DNA of 64,000 nucleotides, from sequence record NC_048818.1, one strand, 5' to 3'. Below are positions 58,141 through 64,000 of this stretch, piece after piece. A program made the position numbers and the translations under genes. Positions within the stretch are counted from its first letter, which is position 1. Each line of letters starts with the position of its first letter. This DNA comes from Escherichia phage VEc33. Under the pieces are notes generated by a model, which had not been told where the DNA came from, did no database searches, and saw only the letters and a list, made by a program, of their open reading frames with translations.

Positions 58141-58569
58141 ATGTTCAATAATGTATTCTCTAAAGAGGCTAACCCGATATTGGTTAATTTTTGGCGTACT
58201 CTTCCAGCCAACCTGTACAATGAGGCTATTAATGCTTTGAAAATATGGTGTGAGAATAATGAAATCTCCTTTGCTTTTAAAGGTGAGATTGAAGAGGCTC
58301 CCTGTATTGGTTTAATTGTGCAGGTGGAGGATGGTCTTGAAGAGATTGTCGGCTGGAAAGAGTTGGATGAAATGGGCTTGGTTTTTGCGTTAAACTATAA
58401 GCTGTTTATGCCCAATAAACACCGTATTGTTGTTAACTATAAAACCAATGAATCTCCTGGTTTTCAAGTTAATGAACGGTATGGTTGGTCTTACTCACCA
58501 GAAGAAGTAAATGATGGTATCCAAAAACTTCGTCGTTTTGGTTATCAAATTCCGGGTTTAACCGCCTAA
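58141..58569 (+). CDS. hypothetical protein, paralog A (142 aa)
   Basis: Shares PCIG(L/V), MGL(V/I)(F/V)ALN(Y/F)(K/S)LF and G(Y/I)(Q/Y)(I/V)PGL blocks with the next gene. Confidence 0.5.
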   Translation: MFNNVFSKEANPILVNFWRTLPANLYNEAINALKIWCENNEISFAFKGEIEEAPCIGLIVQVEDGLEEIVGWKELDEMGLVFALNYKLFMPNKHRIVVNYKTNESPGFQVNERYGWSYSPEEVNDGIQKLRRFGYQIPGLTA

Positions 58570-58578
58570 GGGGGCACA

Positions 58579-58971
58579 ATGGAACAAGTATATTGGCGTC
58601 AGATCGACCCTAGTTTGGTGAAGCGTGCAGAGAAGCTGCTACAACGTTGGTTGGGGGTAAGACAAGCCTCCTTCACTTTTCCGGAGCAGCAAATAGACGA
58701 TCCCTGTATTGGTGTTTTCCTATCAGGCTACGCTAGGGAATGGGAATTGGATTGGAATGAGTTGTCTGCTATGGGTTTAATTGTTGCCCTAAATTTCTCT
58801 TTGTTCCATACACGTGGTTTGGCTATATGTCGTGTGCCTGATGACGGTTGTTCGCCCCATCTTTTACAGGTGGAAGATGATATTTGGGAGTACACTCCAG
58901 ATATTCTCAAAGAAGCTAAAGAACAATTAAATCGTGCTGGGATTTATGTTCCAGGCCTGAACGATGAATGA
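58579..58971 (+). CDS. hypothetical protein, paralog B (130 aa)
   Basis: Tandem paralog of 58141..58569. Confidence 0.5.
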   Translation: MEQVYWRQIDPSLVKRAEKLLQRWLGVRQASFTFPEQQIDDPCIGVFLSGYAREWELDWNELSAMGLIVALNFSLFHTRGLAICRVPDDGCSPHLLQVEDDIWEYTPDILKEAKEQLNRAGIYVPGLNDE

Positions 58972-59063
58972 GTTTTATTAGCTGAACTCTGATTACCGAG
59001 CCATTTTGACTCGGTTTTCTCTATGTTCAAAGACACTGGTAGCAGCTCCTGGAAAAATCTACT

Positions 59064-59091
59064 TGCAGGATGCCCAAAATCTTGATATAAT
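59064..59091 (+). promoter_or_regulatory. sigma70 promoter with extended -10 (TTGCAG-N16-TGATATAAT)
   Basis: Hexamers with TG extension; followed by an about 500-nt ORF-poor leader. Confidence 0.5.
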
Positions 59092-59590
59092 ATTTATATT
59101 GAATTGAGAGACATTAGTAAAAATTGATTTTGCTAATTTTTCTTGTTTACAATCCGCGATACGGAACAGTTAGGCTGCCCCATTAAGGGTTGTTTTAACT
59201 GTTACGTGTTAGTTTTTAAACAAATAGTTAATAGAATACTTAGCGATCTGCGTCCCGTAGGAACCCTGGTAAGGCCTCGAAGCAACCTAGATAGAGGTGG
59301 TTGTGAAGTGAGACGGGAGGAGTGAAAAACTCCGAGACGTGATTCTGTAAGTTATATTGCATCTAGTATGAGCTAGTATATGAAGCATTAGGTGAGCAAA
59401 TCTGGCTTAGCGGCCATCCTCAAGGATTTGTGCGGTATAGCAAAGCAGCAGCGCAGCGTGAAAGTGGAAGTTGCCACCCCACTTCAGTATTTGCGATTAA
59501 TTTGTTGAGAAATTGACAGTAACAGTTGTTCTATTCTTTCTGAATAGTCCTAAAGAAAACTTATTTCATTTCCAACACAGGAGTATTGTT

Positions 59591-62380
59591 GTGTTTTCAA
59601 TCCTACAAGGTCATGCAGGATTTCATCGCGATTTAGCCACAGGCAATTGGCGAGAAGTTAAAGCAGAAGATTATCTTTTTGCTAAAAGATTTTCCTCAAA
59701 GCATCCTGAAGGTAAACCAGCTTCAATGCCCTTCAAGTTTGATGTAATTGACGAAGTTGATCCTCAAACCCTAGTAGAAATGCTTCCCATTATGAGACGT
59801 TTAACGTCTGACCCTCATATCGTTGCGGTACGAGGTCGATGTCTTGCACCTAAAAATAATGTGCGGCGTAAGAAGGGCAACTTTAATGTATCTAACCCAA
59901 GTCATATAATCGCAATGGATGTGGATGGTATTGTAGATACAGGTGGTTGTAACAAGTTTGATCTTGTTGGCATGGCTCGACATATTATTAGAATGTTAAA
60001 TAGTATTAGTGAGGATATGTTCCCTCTTGATGCAGGGTTTATCGCTCATGCATCATCTTCGGCTGGGCTAAAACCAGGTATCCGAATGCACTTAATACTA
60101 GAATCTAATGTTAAAGTAACTCAGGGTCAAATCAAATTCTTATTTACATCTATCAACGAAAGTAGTAGACAAAAGTATGGCTTTGATATTGCCGACCTAG
60201 CTTATTACTCTTCCGTACAGCTTCATTATTTTGCAGATCCGTTATTTATCGATGGTATAGTAGATCCGTTTAAAGCGGAGGGTGCTTCACGTCTGGTATT
60301 TGTTAAGGGTTCTAAAGTAAATTTACCCAATAATCTGGTTGACTATGAAACAACTAGAGGAGAGTTTAAAGAGGAGTTCTACTCCTTACTCGATCAAATT
60401 AAAGGTAAAAAGGCTGCCTCTGATAAAGTAGAAGAAACCATCAGCGAGTTAGAAGAAGCCGAGGATGGAGTGTATCTACGTATTATTCCTAAACTCTATC
60501 ACAGAGCTTTAGAGGATGGTGTTGATTTTGCATGGCTAGAAAAAGAAATCCGCCCAGCCTTATCAGAATATATTGCAACTAAAGATAATAGTCGTAATAT
60601 TCAAGACTACTTTAATAACGGTCGTAAACAGGCTCTGAAAGCGTTTGTTAATAATTCTAAACGCGATATACCTGATGTTTTAAAAGGTATTCCACTTAAA
60701 AAGCTAGAAACTAATTCTCTAGAAACTGATAACTTCTTGAAATTAAACACTGTACCACCAGAAGGTTATATGACTTTTGTAAAAGCAAGTCTAGGTACAG
60801 GTAAAACCACGGCAGTTGTGCGTTGGTTAGATTCAGGGGTTATTAAAGGTAATTTCTTAGCAATTACCAATACTAGAGCACTGGTATCTTCAAATGCTAA
60901 GAAATTTAGTGCAGGACAGTATGATAAGTCTGTAGATATGCTTAATTTTAAGCGTGGTGCTATTGACCGTATGTCCACAACTATTCACTCTTTGCATAAA
61001 TTCAAGAGTTTTATTGGTCAAATTGACGCAATCTTTATCGATGAATGTGATGCAGTAATGAATGACCTATTATTCGCCCCGGTTGTTAAGCAACGTCGAG
61101 AGTGTATTCAGGTTCTTCGGGATATTCTTGCAACTGCAAAAATCATTATATTATCTGATGGGGATATTAGTGCAGAAACAATTGAAGCATATGGTTCTTT
61201 GATTGAGTTTGATAAACCGGTTGCATTTTATAATCATCACCGTAAAATGCTATCAAAAGCTCATGCTTATGAGTTTCCTGATGAATCCAGTATTTGGGTT
61301 GCACTTCAGACTTCCCTGGAGATGGGTGAGAAATCTATCCTAGTATCTGACTGTGGGCCAGATGAACTGAATGAGAAGGGCATGGCGTTGCGTCGTAATA
61401 CGGGTGCGTTAGTTAAGGAAATCCATTCAAATTCTACGTCTGATGTGGATATTAGACGTATCCTGGATTACACAACTAATGAGTTAATTGACCAACAAAT
61501 TGATTGCTTATTATGTAGTCCATCCGTAACGAGTGGTGTTGACTTCAACTATTTTGATAACGTATTCGTTATTACTAGAACCTCAAACCAAGCGCCAAAC
61601 ATGCGTTTCCAAGCAATCAGGCGCGACCGTGGTGCTCAGAATATCTATTATTTTATTGATAAATCCACTAGTGGATTCTCCGCAGGTTCTGAACAATATA
61701 ATATTGATGAAGGTTGGCTGGAGTTAGCACAGCAATTATATGCACGTCGCAGAGAGCTGGAATCTAGGAACTATACTAGTACTTTACGTTATTACTTGCT
61801 TGATCAGGGTGCAACTATTGATATTTTCAGCGAAAGCTGGGGAACTATTGAAGGTGCTGGTAAAGAGTACACAGAAGAGCGAATCAAAGCTATACTGTAT
61901 TCAACTCCTGATTATTGTGCTCCACGCCATGCAGATGCGTATGAAGCTAAACTACTTCTTGTTCGCTATTATCATCTTGAGTCTATTAAAGATGTAACAG
62001 TTGAGCATGTTGAACAATATATCAAGGATAAACCTAATGATCGAGCGGCATTCTTCCATAAAATGCACGAGATGTTTTGGGAAGATATTAAGAAGTGTTC
62101 AAATGTCACTATCAAACCATTCATAGAAGCTCTGAAAGGTAAGAAGAAAGATTTCTTCCTTAAAACAGGTCAGAGTGCTAACCCAAAATATGCGAGAATG
62201 TATCTTGGTATGATGGGTATTGGTAAGGATATGAACACTGAAAATATTGTAGACTGGTACAGAACCTATTGTAAAATCGAGTGTATGCCAATCCCGTATA
62301 AGTTTATGACTGATGAGGAGAAACATATGCATGATGAAGCAATGGCAGAGCTAGGTGCTAGAAATGACAGTGAAGAATAA
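59591..62380 (+). CDS. P-loop NTPase/helicase-like replication protein (about 930 aa from the RBS-supported GTG; the six-frame ORF begins at 59513)
   Basis: Walker A ASLGTGKTT and Walker B IFIDECD; AGGAG RBS 8 nt before GTG 59591. Confidence 0.6.
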   Translation: MFSILQGHAGFHRDLATGNWREVKAEDYLFAKRFSSKHPEGKPASMPFKFDVIDEVDPQTLVEMLPIMRRLTSDPHIVAVRGRCLAPKNNVRRKKGNFNVSNPSHIIAMDVDGIVDTGGCNKFDLVGMARHIIRMLNSISEDMFPLDAGFIAHASSSAGLKPGIRMHLILESNVKVTQGQIKFLFTSINESSRQKYGFDIADLAYYSSVQLHYFADPLFIDGIVDPFKAEGASRLVFVKGSKVNLPNNLVDYETTRGEFKEEFYSLLDQIKGKKAASDKVEETISELEEAEDGVYLRIIPKLYHRALEDGVDFAWLEKEIRPALSEYIATKDNSRNIQDYFNNGRKQALKAFVNNSKRDIPDVLKGIPLKKLETNSLETDNFLKLNTVPPEGYMTFVKASLGTGKTTAVVRWLDSGVIKGNFLAITNTRALVSSNAKKFSAGQYDKSVDMLNFKRGAIDRMSTTIHSLHKFKSFIGQIDAIFIDECDAVMNDLLFAPVVKQRRECIQVLRDILATAKIIILSDGDISAETIEAYGSLIEFDKPVAFYNHHRKMLSKAHAYEFPDESSIWVALQTSLEMGEKSILVSDCGPDELNEKGMALRRNTGALVKEIHSNSTSDVDIRRILDYTTNELIDQQIDCLLCSPSVTSGVDFNYFDNVFVITRTSNQAPNMRFQAIRRDRGAQNIYYFIDKSTSGFSAGSEQYNIDEGWLELAQQLYARRRELESRNYTSTLRYYLLDQGATIDIFSESWGTIEGAGKEYTEERIKAILYSTPDYCAPRHADAYEAKLLLVRYYHLESIKDVTVEHVEQYIKDKPNDRAAFFHKMHEMFWEDIKKCSNVTIKPFIEALKGKKKDFFLKTGQSANPKYARMYLGMMGIGKDMNTENIVDWYRTYCKIECMPIPYKFMTDEEKHMHDEAMAELGARNDSEE

Positions 62381-62605
62381 AAAATGGGAAACAAGGAAGT
62401 TCCCAGTAAAAGAGCGTAAAGTTCCTGTTTACGATACTTCGGAAAAGCTATGTAGGGTGGTACCGCACAGACTAGCTGGCATCCCTAACATATCCGAGTG
62501 GTTACTTAAACAACGGAGGACTAACGTATCTCTTCGCATAGGGTTTGAATTAGATAAAGTATATGCTGAACTTTCTTCTTTGCTCAAGGAATCGTAAAAA
62601 TTTAT

Positions 62606-62634
62606 TTGCTTTCAGGAAAATTTTTCTGTATAAT
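62606..62634 (+). promoter_or_regulatory. T5 PN25-type early promoter
   Basis: AAAAATTTATTTGCTTTCAGGAAAATTTTTCTGTATAATAGATTCATAAATTTGAGAGAG matches my recollection of the canonical PN25 sequence. Confidence 0.7.
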
Positions 62635-62667
62635 AGATTCATAAATTTGAGAGAGAGGAGTTTAAAT

Positions 62668-63372
62668 ATGGCTGGTTCTCGCAGAAAGAAACATATCCAT
62701 GAAATCCCGGATGAAGTCTTTAAAAAAGTTATAGAGCATCTGGAGAACGGTGGTACTAAGAAAGCAGCATGTGAAATGCTTGGCGTATCATCCAACCCAA
62801 CTATGGAAAGGATGATAGAAGAGTGGCAAGATCGCCAAATTCAAGTTGCCGAGATGAAGAAAAAGAAACGTGGCACACTCATTGAAGGCATTGAGTTAGC
62901 TAACGTTATTGAGCAGTATTTATCTGGTGATTCTTTTGAAGAAATTGCCGATCGTAATTACCGCTCTGTAGCAATGGTTAAATCTGTTCTGGAACGATAT
63001 GGTGCTCTACTTCGTTTGAACGATATTGTAGATCCATTGAATCCTCCAATTATTCCTGATGATGCTGTAGCAGAAGAATTTGCAGTTGGTGAGCTTGTTT
63101 GGGTTCCTGGGTACCAGTGTATCGGTGAAATCAAAAAAGCAATGGATAACCCTGTTGGTTGTTACCGTGTATGGCTTCTATCAGAAGGCAAACAACAGAA
63201 CGTTCATTATATGAATTATGAGTTGGCTTCTGTAAAGCATTTGGAAAAGCTAGGAGTAGACGTAAAATCTCTGGGGTATAAATGGACTCGGGAAGAAGTC
63301 ATTACGTTGATTAACGAAGCTGTTAAGGCCGCCTTGAAACTTGATAAAGAAAAAGGAAAACGCCGTGAGTAG
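62668..63372 (+). CDS. helix-turn-helix DNA-binding protein (234 aa); ends with a TAG stop
   Basis: GGAG RBS before ATG 62668; N-terminal HTH-like segment GGTKKAACEMLGVS; the six-frame ORF begins at 62563. Confidence 0.55.
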   Translation: MAGSRRKKHIHEIPDEVFKKVIEHLENGGTKKAACEMLGVSSNPTMERMIEEWQDRQIQVAEMKKKKRGTLIEGIELANVIEQYLSGDSFEEIADRNYRSVAMVKSVLERYGALLRLNDIVDPLNPPIIPDDAVAEEFAVGELVWVPGYQCIGEIKKAMDNPVGCYRVWLLSEGKQQNVHYMNYELASVKHLEKLGVDVKSLGYKWTREEVITLINEAVKAALKLDKEKGKRRE

Positions 63373-63616
63373 ACTAACTGATTTACTTAAAGATGGGGAA
63401 GTAAAAACACTATATCGTAGAAGCTGGGATAACGATAATAACGGCTTAGTGTTACTAACTTTAGATGCTGACTCGGATGTAGCTACTCAGCATACCTGGG
63501 TAGCCGGTAACTATCCATACAGCGAGGTTGTTTCATTAACGGTATGCGAAGCTATTGCTGATGATTGGGAGATTGCCAGCATTGATGATATGCTCGCTGT
63601 TGGCCTGGTGGAGTAA
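63364..63616 (+). CDS. hypothetical protein (about 84 aa, GTG start overlapping the upstream TAG)
   Basis: GTG at 63364 in the frame of the listed ORF 63341..63616; coupled. Confidence 0.4.
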
Positions 63617-63633
63617 CTACTTAAAAATTTCAG

Positions 63634-63662
63634 TTGCTTAATCCTACAATTCTTGATATAAT
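63634..63662 (+). promoter_or_regulatory. sigma70-type promoter (TTGCTT-N17-TATAAT)
   Basis: Same architecture as the 55917 and 62606 promoters. Confidence 0.55.
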
Positions 63663-63719
63663 ATTCTCATAGTTTGAAAGAACTATTCTGTTTAATTCTT
63701 AATTAAGGAAATATAAAAT

Positions 63720-64000
63720 ATGACTACTCCAACTCAGTGGACTGATGAACTGTTTGAAAAAATGTCTTCCGAATATGTTGCTCGTATGGAGCAATTCCCA
63801 GAGGATGAACGTCCGGGCGTTAGCATGGAAATTGTTAGTGAAATTGCCCAGGAAAATGGTGTAACTCCGAACGGTTTTCGTATGAAGCTGACTAAAGCAG
63901 GTTTGTATATCAAGAAAGCTGCTGGTTCTACTTCTAAATCTAGTGCATCTACTGGAGAAAAAGCTTCCGGTGGTTCTCGTACCTCCAAAGCCCAAGCTCA
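63720..64000 (+). CDS. partial CDS running off the window end (at least 93 aa), absent from the ORF track
   Basis: ATG at 63720 after AAGGAAA RBS and the 63634 promoter; open to position 64000. Confidence 0.5.
   Translation, partial: MTTPTQWTDELFEKMSSEYVARMEQFPEDERPGVSMEIVSEIAQENGVTPNGFRMKLTKAGLYIKKAAGSTSKSSASTGEKASGGSRTSKAQA

Noticed and set aside
59092-59590. Retron or group I intron in the structured leader
   Set aside because: No reverse transcriptase or intron-encoded ORF nearby and no recognisable conserved intron core elements by eye; kept only as a candidate regulatory or structured RNA.

Overview
This window reads as the left ~64 kb of a T5-like (Tequintavirus) phage genome. Four things in the sequence support that: a 556-aa metallophosphatase-like protein (A1-like) beside a HAD-type deoxynucleotidase (dmp-like), a 172-aa T5orf172-type endonuclease ORF, a dense minus-strand tRNA cluster, and a plus-strand promoter at about 62596-62640 that matches my recollection of the classic T5 PN25 promoter. 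Layout: (i) 1-4500, leftward pre-early genes; (ii) 5300-5800 and 9060-10450, non-coding regions with DnaA boxes, LexA-like boxes and several short repeat families, flanking a rightward block of small genes at 6063-9027; (iii) 10681-29750, a long leftward early region (two phosphatases, thioredoxin-like protein, holin-like protein plus M15 endolysin, ClpP-like protease, dNMP kinase, two HNH endonucleases, GrcA-like glycyl-radical protein, many small membrane proteins); (iv) 28900-37200 and 40700-41400, about 25 tRNA genes on the minus strand interleaved with small ORFs and two T5orf172-type endonucleases; (v) 41648-53638, leftward nucleotide-metabolism genes (RNase H, thymidylate synthase, DHFR, NrdB, NrdA, PhoH); (vi) 54000-64000, rightward genes (NrdD, Sir2-like protein, HAD-like protein, a paralogous pair, a 930-aa helicase-like protein, an HTH protein). 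All calls are from reading the sequence and motif recognition; no searches or folding programs were run, so tRNA boundaries and anticodons in particular are hand-parsed and need tool confirmation. The most unusual items are a Trp-like tRNA whose anticodon reads CUA (amber-suppressor-like), a self-contained rightward three-gene module inside the tRNA region (Gly-zipper membrane protein, Q-rich protein, Cys-rich peptide), the Sir2/HAD/paralog cluster, and the inverted DnaA/LexA-box modules with Fur-box-like palindromes.
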